A stretch of DNA of 64,000 nt, taken from the NCBI RefSeq assembly GCF_000737315.1, contig NZ_JMCB01000031.1, positions 1 to 64,000 on the forward strand. The letters run 5' to 3'. Each line of letters opens with the position of its first letter. Positions within the stretch are counted from its first letter, which is position 1. This document shows, piece by piece, positions 26,708 through 35,968 of this stretch. Both the position numbers and the translations under genes were made by a program. The stretch is from Hyalangium minutum. Lineage in GTDB: Bacteria; Myxococcota; Myxococcia; Myxococcales; Myxococcaceae. The notes beneath the pieces were generated by a model. The model was not told the DNA's origin, made no database searches, and saw only the letters and a program-made list of their open reading frames with translations.

Positions 26708-28177
26708 GTGAATCCACACGTCCCCTATCGAACGGAGGGGGTGACGGCGTGGGGTGAGCCCCTGGTGGTTCCTCAACCAAGGAACCGCAGGGGCTCGCGC
26801 TTTTCTTGCCCAAGTCCCAGGGACGTCCTTTCATGTAGCACCTGCCGTCGCTACCTGGAGGATGCGTTGTCCAAGTGCCTGAAATGCGGAGCCGCCCTGC
26901 CGCCTGTGGGTGAATGCCCCACCTGCGCTGCTGCTGCCGCGAGCCAGCCCGCCGCCCCCGGCGTGCCCAGCTTGCTCAACAAGGACATCCAGATCGACCG
27001 CCGCAGCCGAACCCCGGAGAGCACCCCTGCGGTGTCCGGAGGCGCCGTCCCCAGCTTCGCGGAGCTGGAGCGCGCCCCTACGGCCTCGCCACCGGGGATG
27101 CCCGCGCGTCCGGCCGCACCGCCTCCTCCGCCACAGGCCGCAGTGCCTCCCGCCATGCGTCCGGCGCAGCGCAGCCCGACGCCCATGCCCATGCCCGCGC
27201 CGCAGGTGGCAACGCCTCGCGCCATGACGCCGCCGCAGCGGCTGCCCGTGCCCACTCCGATGGCGGCCCCGGCCAGCCCGCCGCCTCACGCGGCCCCGCG
27301 CGGTCCCACCGGTGTCGCGCTCCCCTCGAGCGTCGCGCTGGGGGATCCAGATCAGACCCTTCCCGACACGCTGCCCGGCATGCCCGTGCCGAAGACAGTC
27401 GCCGCCCCGGCGCCCGTGGCGGCGGAGGTGCCCGCTCCGGCTGTCGCCGCTCAGACGTCCCTGGATGATCCGGACTCGACCGCGCCCGGCAACCCGCACT
27501 TCGTGGCTCCGCCGCCCGCGGAGGCTCCGGCCACCGGCTCGCTGCCCATCCCCCGCCAGCCCACGGCTCCCGCCGCGGTGGTGACCTTCGCGGCCCCGTC
27601 CCGTCTGCCGATTCCCCCGGCGGCGCCCCGCACGGCGGAGGCCTCCGCGGCCTCGGCCAAGGCCCGACCCCAGAAGTCGGGTTCCACGGGCGACGAGCTC
27701 CACGAGGTCCACGCGCGCCCCGCCTCGCTGTGGCGCCGCCTCCTGTCCTTCACCATCGACACCGCCGCCCTGGTGGGTGTGGCTTCGCTCTACATCTTCC
27801 TGGCCTCGTCCATCGCCGGGGTGAAGTCGCCGTCCTCCCAGGGTCTTACCCCGCTGGACGCCATGGCCGCCTGGATGCACGCGCTGAAATCCGTGCTCCT
27901 GCCCGGCTTCATCCTCCTCTTGGTGCTCGCGACGGTGTACTGTGCGGTGGCGGCCTTCTTGTGGAATGGCCGGACACTCGGACGGCTGTTGCTGGGGCTG
28001 CGGCTGGTGGATACCCACGGACTGGCCCCGGCTCCCTCGCGCGCCATTGTGCGGGCGTTGCTCTCTGTCGTGTCCTTTGGCCTCTTCCTCGGAGGCTTCT
28101 GGATGGCCCTGTTCGACAGACGCGGGCAGACTCTGCATGACAAGCTGACGTCCACCTTCGTCGTTCAACCCAGCTGA
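26708..28177 (+). CDS. RDD-family membrane protein with N-terminal zinc ribbon and Pro-rich linker; start uncertain
   Basis: ASLWRRLLSFTID, GRTLGRLLLGLRLVD, QTLHDKL; CxxC pairs at N-terminus. Confidence 0.85.
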   Translation: MNPHVPYRTEGVTAWGEPLVVPQPRNRRGSRFSCPSPRDVLSCSTCRRYLEDALSKCLKCGAALPPVGECPTCAAAAASQPAAPGVPSLLNKDIQIDRRSRTPESTPAVSGGAVPSFAELERAPTASPPGMPARPAAPPPPPQAAVPPAMRPAQRSPTPMPMPAPQVATPRAMTPPQRLPVPTPMAAPASPPPHAAPRGPTGVALPSSVALGDPDQTLPDTLPGMPVPKTVAAPAPVAAEVPAPAVAAQTSLDDPDSTAPGNPHFVAPPPAEAPATGSLPIPRQPTAPAAVVTFAAPSRLPIPPAAPRTAEASAASAKARPQKSGSTGDELHEVHARPASLWRRLLSFTIDTAALVGVASLYIFLASSIAGVKSPSSQGLTPLDAMAAWMHALKSVLLPGFILLLVLATVYCAVAAFLWNGRTLGRLLLGLRLVDTHGLAPAPSRAIVRALLSVVSFGLFLGGFWMALFDRRGQTLHDKLTSTFVVQPS

Positions 28178-28230
28178 TCCACCACCGCCATTGTGCCTTG
28201 CGGCCGCGGCCGTAAGATGCCGCGTCCTTC

Positions 28231-31200
28231 ATGCCTGCCCGACTCGCCCAACTCCTGGTTGCGCGCGGCCTCCTCCCGCAGGAGACGGTCGATGCCGCCC
28301 TGCGCCAGCAGCAGTCCAAGGGCGGGCTCATCGACACCGTCCTGCTGGAGACGGGCCGGCTGCGCGAGGCTGATCTGCTGAACCTGCTGGGCGAGGCCTC
28401 CGCCTTCCGCCCGGTGAACCTCGCGGACTTCGAGCCGAACGCCGAGGTCGCCACCCTCATCCCTCCGAAGATTGCCGAGCGGCTGTGCGTGGTGCCACTG
28501 TCGCTGGACGGCAACACGCTCCACGTGGCGTGTGGCTTCCCGGTGCCGCGCAAAGAGCTGGACGAGGTGGGCTTCCTGCTCGGCAAGCCGCTGGAGCTGT
28601 GGGTGGCCACGGAGGTGCGCGTCCGCGAGTGGATCGCCTCCGTCTACAAGCAGCCGCTCCCCGAGCGCTTCTCGAGCCTGCTGGCTGCGCTCAACAAGCC
28701 GTCCACGGCCGCCGCGCCCACGCTGGCGCCTGCCGCTCCCGCCATGCCTCCGCCACCTCCGCCCGAAGCCATGGAGGAGGCCGAGGAGAGTGGGCTCACG
28801 CCCGAGGCGCTGGAGCGGATGGCGCGCTCGGTGGCCCAGGAGCCCGTCTCCCTCGAGAAGCAGGGTGGAAGCGCCGCACCTGCCGCGCCCGCCGCTTCCG
28901 CGCCTGCGGCGGCAGCGCCTCCGGCCGGCTCGGTTCCGCCACCCGCTTACACGCGCGAGCCGCTGCGCCTCAACATGCAGGCCGGGGCCCCCACACCCGC
29001 TGCCTCCGCATCCCCGCCCCAGCCCTCCGCGCGTCCGGCCGCTCCGGCCACGCCCCAGGCCGGCTCGGCTCCGCCGCCCGCCTACACGCGCGAGCCGCTC
29101 CGCCTCAACATGCAGGCCGGGGCTCCCGCGGCTGCCACGCCCCAGGCTCCGAACGCCTCGCGTCCGGCGGCTCCCGCTGCTCCCGCCGCTCCCGCTGCTC
29201 CTGCCGCAGGTTCGGTGCCTCCGCCGGCCTACGCGCGTGAGCCGCTGCGCCTCAACATGCCGGCCCCGCAGGCTCCGGCTTCCCCTCCGGCCCAGCCGCC
29301 ACCGCCACCGGCCGCGAGCACGGCCGCCCCCCGTGCTCCCGCAGCTGCTCCCACCGCTGGAGCCACGCCGCAGCGGACTCCCATCACGCAGCCGGGCTTC
29401 CCGATGACGCCCGCTCCGTCGATGCCGAAGGAGCCGCAGTTCCTCGTCTTCAGCAACCCGGCGCCCGCGATTCCTGCCCCGCGCCGCCCGATGACGCAGC
29501 CCGACTTCCCGATGCCCACGGCGGAGGCCGCTCCCACCGCGACGCCCGCTCCGGTTCCGAGCGCGGCCGCAGTTCTCACCCCCGCGCCCGTTCCCATCAC
29601 CTCGCTCGCGCCCGGGGCGGCCGCGCCGCAGCCTCCGAGGCCCGCCGCGCCCGCGAGCCAGGAGGCGCCAGACTGGACGCTGGCCCAGGCACGCGCCGCG
29701 CTGAAGGACGCCACGCGGGACAGAGATCGCCTCATTGACGTGGCCCTGCGCTTCGGGCGTCGCACGTTCGACTACGTGGCCGCCTTCGCCATCGTCCGCG
29801 GCACCGCAGGAGGCTGGGAGGCCCGTGGCGAAGGCATGACGGGCGAGCAGCTGTCGCAGGTGTCCATTCCGCTCGACGCCAGCAGCGTCTTCCGCACCGT
29901 CGCCGTCACCCGGGGCAGCTATGCGGGTCCCCTGCCGCCGGACGCGCTCAGCAAGCACTACGTGGAGCTGTTCGGCCGCCAGTCGCCGCGCGCTATCTTC
30001 CTCTACCCGGTGGAGGTGCGCGGCCGGCTCGTGGCGCTGCTGTACGGAGACTGCGGCCAGAAGCCCATCAGCCAGCGGCGCATGTCCGACTTCATGCTGT
30101 TCTGCCAGGACATGCCGAGCGCCTTCCAGGAGCTCATCCTCTTCCGCAAGCAGCGGATGACGGAGCTGCGCGCGCCGGACCTCGCCGAGGCGCTGGGGAC
30201 TCCTCCCACGGCCTCCCCAGCTCCCGCGCCCGCGGTGGTGGCGGGCCTGGGCTGGAGCCCGTTCTCCGGGCGCACGAGCGGCTCCCTGGGCCGCGCCGCG
30301 ACGATGCCTCCGCGCGTGACGAGCGAGGAGCGCCCGCCTCCGGACTTCGCCCCGCTGATCAAGCGCCTCACCGGACCGGACGCCGCTCAGCGCACCGGCG
30401 CCATGGCCGAGCTGGCCCGCACGCCCGAGGCCAGCGCGCGCGTGCTGGCGGCGAACTTCCCGGGCCCCACTGCTTGGAGCCGTCTGCCCGTGGTGGACCT
30501 CCCCGAGGCGGATGAGCTGGGCCCCATCCCCGCCGCGCTGTCCCGGCTGGGCCGGTCCGCGGCACAGGCGCTGGCCCCGCTGCTGGACTCGGCAGACCCG
30601 GACACGCGCTACTTCGCGCTGCTCACCGCGGGCAACCTGGCCTACGTGGAGCTGGTGGACGGCGTGCTGCGCGGGCTGTTCGATCTCGAGCCGGACATCT
30701 CCAGCGCCGCGCGCGTGGCGGCCTCCGCGCTCAAGCACCTGCCCCGCTTCGACGCGGCGATGCGCGACTTGCGCCAGGAGCTGACCAACCGCGATCCGCT
30801 GCGGCGCTCGCTGGCGGCACGCGCCCTGGGCTCGCTGCACGACCGGGATGCCATCGAGGGCCTCATCAACCTCACGGGCAGCGACGACGAGATGTGCGCC
30901 GAGGCCGCCGCCGAGGCCCTGCGCGAAATCACCCGCGCGACGCTGGGCCGGCAGCCCCGGCAGTGGACGGCGTGGTGGGCGGAGAACCGCACGCGCCGCC
31001 GGGCGGACTGGCTCGTGGTGGCGCTGCGGCACAAGGAGCTGGACGTGCGGCTGGCGGCGATTGAAGAGCTCAGCCGCGCGCTCAGCGACACCCTGGGCTA
31101 CTACGCGGATGCTCCCGAGTCCGAGCGCGAGATGGCGGTGCGCCGCTGGGAGGCCGCGGCCGTGGATCCCGCCCGAGCCCGGAGGCTGGGCGCGCTCTAA
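28231..31200 (+). CDS. frgA: FrgA-like protein: MshEN/T2SSE_N-like N-terminus, Pro/Ala linker, GAF-like and HEAT-repeat regions
   Basis: RLAQLLVARGLL..ALRQQ...LLETG N-terminus; HEAT repeats; followed by HK and NtrC genes as in the Myxococcus frg locus. Confidence 0.7.
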   Translation: MPARLAQLLVARGLLPQETVDAALRQQQSKGGLIDTVLLETGRLREADLLNLLGEASAFRPVNLADFEPNAEVATLIPPKIAERLCVVPLSLDGNTLHVACGFPVPRKELDEVGFLLGKPLELWVATEVRVREWIASVYKQPLPERFSSLLAALNKPSTAAAPTLAPAAPAMPPPPPPEAMEEAEESGLTPEALERMARSVAQEPVSLEKQGGSAAPAAPAASAPAAAAPPAGSVPPPAYTREPLRLNMQAGAPTPAASASPPQPSARPAAPATPQAGSAPPPAYTREPLRLNMQAGAPAAATPQAPNASRPAAPAAPAAPAAPAAGSVPPPAYAREPLRLNMPAPQAPASPPAQPPPPPAASTAAPRAPAAAPTAGATPQRTPITQPGFPMTPAPSMPKEPQFLVFSNPAPAIPAPRRPMTQPDFPMPTAEAAPTATPAPVPSAAAVLTPAPVPITSLAPGAAAPQPPRPAAPASQEAPDWTLAQARAALKDATRDRDRLIDVALRFGRRTFDYVAAFAIVRGTAGGWEARGEGMTGEQLSQVSIPLDASSVFRTVAVTRGSYAGPLPPDALSKHYVELFGRQSPRAIFLYPVEVRGRLVALLYGDCGQKPISQRRMSDFMLFCQDMPSAFQELILFRKQRMTELRAPDLAEALGTPPTASPAPAPAVVAGLGWSPFSGRTSGSLGRAATMPPRVTSEERPPPDFAPLIKRLTGPDAAQRTGAMAELARTPEASARVLAANFPGPTAWSRLPVVDLPEADELGPIPAALSRLGRSAAQALAPLLDSADPDTRYFALLTAGNLAYVELVDGVLRGLFDLEPDISSAARVAASALKHLPRFDAAMRDLRQELTNRDPLRRSLAARALGSLHDRDAIEGLINLTGSDDEMCAEAAAEALREITRATLGRQPRQWTAWWAENRTRRRADWLVVALRHKELDVRLAAIEELSRALSDTLGYYADAPESEREMAVRRWEAAAVDPARARRLGAL

Positions 31201-31203
31201 ACC

Positions 31204-32568
31204 ATGCAAGAGACCTACGACTCCCTGCTCAAGGCAGCACGTGAAGCCCTCGACGGCCAGGATGCACAGAAGGCCTTCTCCGTGTTCCGCCGCGTGCTGG
31301 AGTATCCGGGGGCTCAGGAGCTGGATCACTCCTCGCGCTGGAAGGAGGCGTGGGAGCTCTTCGCGGACATCGCGACGCCCATCGCCGGGGAGGAGTTCGC
31401 GGCCATCGTCCGCCAGGCCGCGCAGGACGAGCGCGACGTCCAGGCGCTGTACAACCTGGGGTATCAGCTCATCGAGCAGTCGCTGCACGGCATGGCGGCC
31501 ACGGTGCTGCTGCGCGCGCACCTGCTCGTCCCGGGCGCGGAGCCCATGGTGACGGAGCTCGTCGTCGCCCTGGAGGGCATGGGCGCCCACGCGGAGGCGG
31601 CCCGGCTGCTGCAGGCCCAGCCGCAGCTCGTCCAGAGCAGCTTCATGTGCCGCTACCTGCTGGCCTACAACGCGCTGATGTCCGGGGACGTGGACGAGAC
31701 GCGCCGGCTGGCACCCGGGCTGGAGTCGCTGCTCGCGCGCTCCGGAGCGGAGGAAGAGCAAGCCCAGGCGTTCGCCGGCATGAAGGAGCGCATCCACCAG
31801 ATGCTCGCCCGTGCGGATGCGCTCCAGGGCGTGTCGCCGCTCGACAAGAAGGACCTGCGCGGGTGGCACTTCGTGACGACGGGCGGCGTGCTGCTGCACC
31901 TGTCACCCTACGGCTTCGACGAGGGAATGACGGGGCGGTACGCCTTCCTCCAGGACTCACAGGCGCTGTGCCTGGAGGGCATCCGGCGGGTGGAGGCAGT
32001 GCTGGACCAGGCGGGGCGCAAGCCTCCGCGCGTCTTCGTCCTGCCGGACCGGCACAGCGCCATCCTCGCCCACGCCACGGCGCGGGTGCTCGGCCTTCCC
32101 ACCGAGCCCTGGCCCGAGCAGGGCAGCGACGCACCCGGGCTCATCGTCGCGTATGACGTGTTGTCGCTGGAGGTACCGCTGCTCCAGACACTCAGGACGC
32201 ATCGGCCGGGGCAGGTGCTCTGGAGCCACGCCACGCAGTGGACAGAGGAAGCTCCCTTCGCCGCGGACCTGACGACGTTCCTGTACCAGCAGAACACCTC
32301 GCCCTGGGGCGAGCGCCTCCGGGTCAACCCAGAGACTCAGAAGGTCGAGCGCACCGCTCCCACCGAGGGCACTGTGGAGGCGCTGGCCGAAGAAGTCCCC
32401 TCCGCCCTGTTGGAGGACACCGCGCTGGCGGACCTGCCCGAGCTGACGAAGCGGGTGGCGGCCATGGCTCAGGTGAAGGGTGACGCGGCGGGCGGCCTGT
32501 TCCGCGAGCAGGGCCACCGGCGCCGAAGCCTCACGGACTCGCCCGTGAAGAGCAACCGCTTCAATTAA
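31204..32568 (+). CDS. Hypothetical TPR-like helical protein, 454 aa
   Basis: Long ORF tightly spaced between frgA and the kinase; helical repeat pattern. Confidence 0.75.
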   Translation: MQETYDSLLKAAREALDGQDAQKAFSVFRRVLEYPGAQELDHSSRWKEAWELFADIATPIAGEEFAAIVRQAAQDERDVQALYNLGYQLIEQSLHGMAATVLLRAHLLVPGAEPMVTELVVALEGMGAHAEAARLLQAQPQLVQSSFMCRYLLAYNALMSGDVDETRRLAPGLESLLARSGAEEEQAQAFAGMKERIHQMLARADALQGVSPLDKKDLRGWHFVTTGGVLLHLSPYGFDEGMTGRYAFLQDSQALCLEGIRRVEAVLDQAGRKPPRVFVLPDRHSAILAHATARVLGLPTEPWPEQGSDAPGLIVAYDVLSLEVPLLQTLRTHRPGQVLWSHATQWTEEAPFAADLTTFLYQQNTSPWGERLRVNPETQKVERTAPTEGTVEALAEEVPSALLEDTALADLPELTKRVAAMAQVKGDAAGGLFREQGHRRRSLTDSPVKSNRFN

Positions 32569-32580
32569 CAGGAGCCGGGG

Positions 32581-34134
32581 ATGAACGAGTCCGCCTGGCT
32601 GAGCCTCGCGGCGTGCACGGGACAGCTCGCGCTGGCGGGGCTGGCTCTGGCGCGCGTGGGCAAGAGCCCCCTGGCCCTGCCCCTCTCCCTGCTGTCCATC
32701 GCCCTGTCCACGTGGAACTTCGCCCACTTCGCCTATGCCGTCTCGGGCGAGGAGGGCTGGCGGCTCGTGGCGCTGACGGCCACCATCATCACGGCTCCCT
32801 GCGCGGCGCACTTCATCCTCGCCTTCACCGGCCAGCGCCGCCGCTTCGCCCCGCTCATCTACTCCACCTACGGCCTCTTCGGCCTGTTCGCCGTCGTGGC
32901 GCTGTCCGCCCTGGGCTCGCCGTGGGTGGCCGTGCGAGCCACCTCGCTCACCTTCTCGCGCCTCACCATGGCGCTCGTCACCCTGCTGCTGGGCGGCGGC
33001 TGGGCCCTGCTGGTGCTCCACCTGCGCCGGGCGCCCAGCCTGGAGGAGCGCATCCGCACCGGCCTGCTCCTGCTGGGCCTGGTGCTCCTGGTGGCGCTGC
33101 CCGGCACGGATTTAATGGCGGACCTGGGCTTCAACGTGCCCCGGCTCGGCACCCTGGGCACCCTGCTGGGCCTGCCCGTCATGGCCACCGTGGCCCTGCG
33201 CTTCCAGCTGTTCGGCAAGGCCCTGTCCAGCGAAGCGGCGCTGTACGCGGTGACGCTCGCGGTGGTGGGCGTGCTGGCCTACCTCATCGTCTTCCGCCTC
33301 TTCGCCGCCGAGCAGGGCGCCCTCGTGGTGGGCACCGCCGCCATCACCTTCGCCCTGCTGGCCGCCGCGCGCCGGGTCGTCAGCGCGCTCGTCACCCAGC
33401 GCGAGCGCCTGGAGCGCCTGGCCACCCTGGGCCGCTTCTCCGCGCAGATGGCGCACGACTTGAAGAACCCCATCGCCGCGCTCAAGGGCGCCGCGCAGTT
33501 CCTCAAGGAGGAGCACGCGCAGGGCCGCCCCTGGGACGACAAGGGAGACTTCCTGGACTTGCTGCTGGAGCAGGTGGAGCGGCTGGATCGGGTGGTGAGC
33601 ACCTACCAGCGCCTCGGGCGCGTGGAGCCGCTGCCCCGGCCGCTGGACTTGAACCAGCTGGTGGAGGACGTGCTGTCGCTCCAGGCCTTCACCGGGTACG
33701 CCAGCGTGAAGCGGGAGCACAGCTTGGAGAAGGACTTGCCGAAGTGCTCGGGGGACTACGACTTGCTGGCCAACGCGCTGGAGAACCTGGTGCGCAACGC
33801 CTGCGAGGCCATGCCCCAGGGTGGCACCCTGATGGTCCGCACGCAGCGTGAGAGCACGGACAGAGCGGGAGTGGTGGTGAGTGTGGAGGACACCGGCGAG
33901 GGCATGGACGCCCGCACCCGCGAGCGGGCCTTCGACGAGTTCTTCACCACCAAGGCCTCGGGGAGCGGGCTGGGGCTGGCCTTCGTGCGGCGGGTGGTGG
34001 AGGCGCACGGGGGCGAGGTGTCGCTGACGAGCCGGGAGGGGCGCGGTACCATCGTGAGCCTGCGCCTGCCCTGTACGGCAGCGCCCGAGGGCGTTGCCGC
34101 CCCTGGAGAAGGAGCACCGTGGCCGAGCCGCTGA
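32581..34134 (+). CDS. frgB: Membrane sensor histidine kinase (FrgB-like)
   Basis: QMAHDLKNP H-box, ENLVRNA, EDTGEG, FFTTK, GSGLGL; multiple TM helices; symbol from synteny. Confidence 0.75.
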   Translation: MNESAWLSLAACTGQLALAGLALARVGKSPLALPLSLLSIALSTWNFAHFAYAVSGEEGWRLVALTATIITAPCAAHFILAFTGQRRRFAPLIYSTYGLFGLFAVVALSALGSPWVAVRATSLTFSRLTMALVTLLLGGGWALLVLHLRRAPSLEERIRTGLLLLGLVLLVALPGTDLMADLGFNVPRLGTLGTLLGLPVMATVALRFQLFGKALSSEAALYAVTLAVVGVLAYLIVFRLFAAEQGALVVGTAAITFALLAAARRVVSALVTQRERLERLATLGRFSAQMAHDLKNPIAALKGAAQFLKEEHAQGRPWDDKGDFLDLLLEQVERLDRVVSTYQRLGRVEPLPRPLDLNQLVEDVLSLQAFTGYASVKREHSLEKDLPKCSGDYDLLANALENLVRNACEAMPQGGTLMVRTQRESTDRAGVVVSVEDTGEGMDARTRERAFDEFFTTKASGSGLGLAFVRRVVEAHGGEVSLTSREGRGTIVSLRLPCTAAPEGVAAPGEGAPWPSR

Positions 34135-35519
34135 AGGGAAGCGTGTTGCTGGTGGACGATGACCCCGCCGTGGCCAAGGTGCTCGGCGCGCTGCTGGTGC
34201 AGGCGGGGCTCACGGTGCACACGGCCAAGAGCGGAGCCGAGGCGCTGAGCCTGCTGGGCCAGAAGCCCATCGACGTGGTGGTGAGCGACGTGCGGATGCC
34301 GGGCATGAACGGCCTGGAGCTGCTCGGCGAGGTGACGCGGCTGTACCCGGATGTGCCCATCGTCCTGATGACGGCGCACGGCACGGTGCCCATGGCGGTG
34401 GAGGCCATGAAGGCGGGCGCGGCGGACTTCATCCTCAAGCCGTTCGACCGGGAGGAGATCCTCTTCACCATCCGCAAGGCGCTGCTGCGGGCGCAGGGGG
34501 ACGTGGAGCGCTCGCCGCTGAAGACGAGCGCCTTCGTGGGGCGCAGCGCGGCGATGGCCGAGGTGGAGGCGCTGCTGACACGGGCGGCCACGGGCACGGC
34601 GACGGTGCTGGTGCGCGGCGAGTCCGGCACGGGCAAGGAGCTGGCGGCGAAGGTGGTGCACGACGCCAGCCCCCGGCGCTCGGGCCCCTTCGTGAAGCTG
34701 CACTGCGCGGCGCTGCCGGAGACGCTGCTGGAGAGCGAGCTGTTCGGCTACGAGAAGGGCGCCTTCACCGGGGCGGCCACGCGCAAGCCCGGCCGGGTGG
34801 AGCTGGCGAACGGGGGCACGCTCTTCCTGGATGAGATTGGCGACATCTCCCTGCACGTGCAGGTGAAGCTGCTGCGGCTGCTGCAAGAGCGCGAGTTCGA
34901 GCGCCTGGGAGGCACGCAGACGCTGAAGGTGGACGTGCGCTTCGTGGCGGCCACGCACCGGCCGCTCGAGGAGATGGTGAAGAAGGGCGAGTTCCGCGAG
35001 GACCTCTTCTACCGGCTGAACGTAGTGCCGGTGTGGATACCGCCGCTGCGGGCGCGGCCGGAGGACATCGAGCCGCTGGCCCGGCACTTCCTCGAGGTGC
35101 ACGCCAAGGCCAACGGGCGGCCGCCCTTCACGCTGACGGCGGACGCGCTCCAGGCGCTGCAGGCCCAGCCATGGCCAGGCAACGTGCGCCAGGTGCAGAA
35201 CTTCATGGAGCGGCTGGTGGTGCTCTCAGACGGGCCCTCGCTCACGGGCGAGGACGTGGCGCGCGAGCTGGCCCGGCAGCCGGGGCTGATGCCCACGGGC
35301 TTCCAGGCTCAGACCGCTCCCCCGAGCACGACTGCACCGGCGGCGGTGACCCCAGGGAGCGAGCCGAAGACCTTGGAATCCCAGCGGCGTGACACCGAGC
35401 GCCAGGCCCTGCTGGATGCGCTGAAGCGCGCCGGGGACAACCGCACCCTCGCCGCGCGCCTTCTGGGGATCAGCCGCCGCACCCTCTACAACAAGCTCGA
35501 GGAGCAGGGACTGCTCTGA
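34119..35519 (+). CDS. frgC: Sigma-54 NtrC-family response regulator (FrgC-like)
   Basis: Receiver domain, GESGTGKE, GAFTGA, FLDEIG, Fis-type HTH; symbol from synteny. Confidence 0.75.
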   Translation: MAEPLKGSVLLVDDDPAVAKVLGALLVQAGLTVHTAKSGAEALSLLGQKPIDVVVSDVRMPGMNGLELLGEVTRLYPDVPIVLMTAHGTVPMAVEAMKAGAADFILKPFDREEILFTIRKALLRAQGDVERSPLKTSAFVGRSAAMAEVEALLTRAATGTATVLVRGESGTGKELAAKVVHDASPRRSGPFVKLHCAALPETLLESELFGYEKGAFTGAATRKPGRVELANGGTLFLDEIGDISLHVQVKLLRLLQEREFERLGGTQTLKVDVRFVAATHRPLEEMVKKGEFREDLFYRLNVVPVWIPPLRARPEDIEPLARHFLEVHAKANGRPPFTLTADALQALQAQPWPGNVRQVQNFMERLVVLSDGPSLTGEDVARELARQPGLMPTGFQAQTAPPSTTAPAAVTPGSEPKTLESQRRDTERQALLDALKRAGDNRTLAARLLGISRRTLYNKLEEQGLL

Positions 35520-35521
35520 CA

Positions 35522-35545
35522 GGGTTGGTGGGACTGACCCGTTTT
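35522..35545 (+). terminator. Probable terminator after frgC
   Basis: GGGTTGGT-GGG-ACTGACCC stem (two G-U pairs) followed by GTTTT. Confidence 0.45.
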
Positions 35546-35574
35546 CCCGCATTAAAAAGAATTTCTAAGTCCTA

Positions 35575-35603
35575 TTGACTTCCAGTCTTGTTTGATTTTT
35601 ACT
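35575..35603 (+). promoter_or_regulatory. Sigma70-like promoter for the RiPP precursor
   Basis: TTGACT-17 bp-TTTACT, with an AT-rich tract upstream (attaaaaagaatttctaag). Confidence 0.55.
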
Positions 35604-35651
35604 GCATCCACCTCGAACGCTTCCGAGGCAACCCACCACAAGGGGACCCCC

Positions 35652-35861
35652 ATGAACGAGACCATCCAGGATATCCGCAGCAAGGTGCAGGATCTGCTGA
35701 ACCGCGCGCAGGTGGATGCCAGCTTCCGTCAGTCGATGCAGATGAACCCCGCTGCGGCTCTCTGCACCGCGGGTGTCCCCAATGCAGTTGCCCTCGTGTC
35801 CCAGGACGAGATCGCTGACTGCTCCTGGACCTGCCTCTGGACCTGTTCCTGGACGAGCTAG
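35652..35861 (+). CDS. lanA: Lanthipeptide precursor, 69 aa: NHLP-clan-like leader plus core DCSWTCLWTCSWTS
   Basis: AAGGGGA RBS; LLNRAQVDASFRQSMQMNPAAAL..AG leader; Cys/Ser/Thr-rich C-terminus; directly upstream of LanL. Confidence 0.85.
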   Translation: MNETIQDIRSKVQDLLNRAQVDASFRQSMQMNPAAALCTAGVPNAVALVSQDEIADCSWTCLWTCSWTS

Positions 35862-35894
35862 TCCTCCAGGGATAACGCAGGCTTCGAATGTATC

Positions 35895-35941
35895 GAGCGC
35901 GGGTAAAGGGTGTAAAAACCCTGAACCCGCGCTCTTTTTTT
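35895..35941 (+). terminator. Intrinsic terminator between precursor and synthetase
   Basis: GAGCGCGGGT/ACCCGCGCTC 10 bp stem with inner AGGGT/ACCCT stem, then T7. Confidence 0.85.
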
Positions 35942-35968
35942 GTCCTCTGCACCGCGGGTTGGAGGTAG

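Noticed and set aside
28165-31899. 1244 aa minus-strand ORF (and similar 50661-53771 plus, 13408-14568 minus, 33756-35102 minus)
   Set aside because: Antisense shadows of real GC-rich genes, with typical His/Gln/Arg/Gly-rich composition and no motifs
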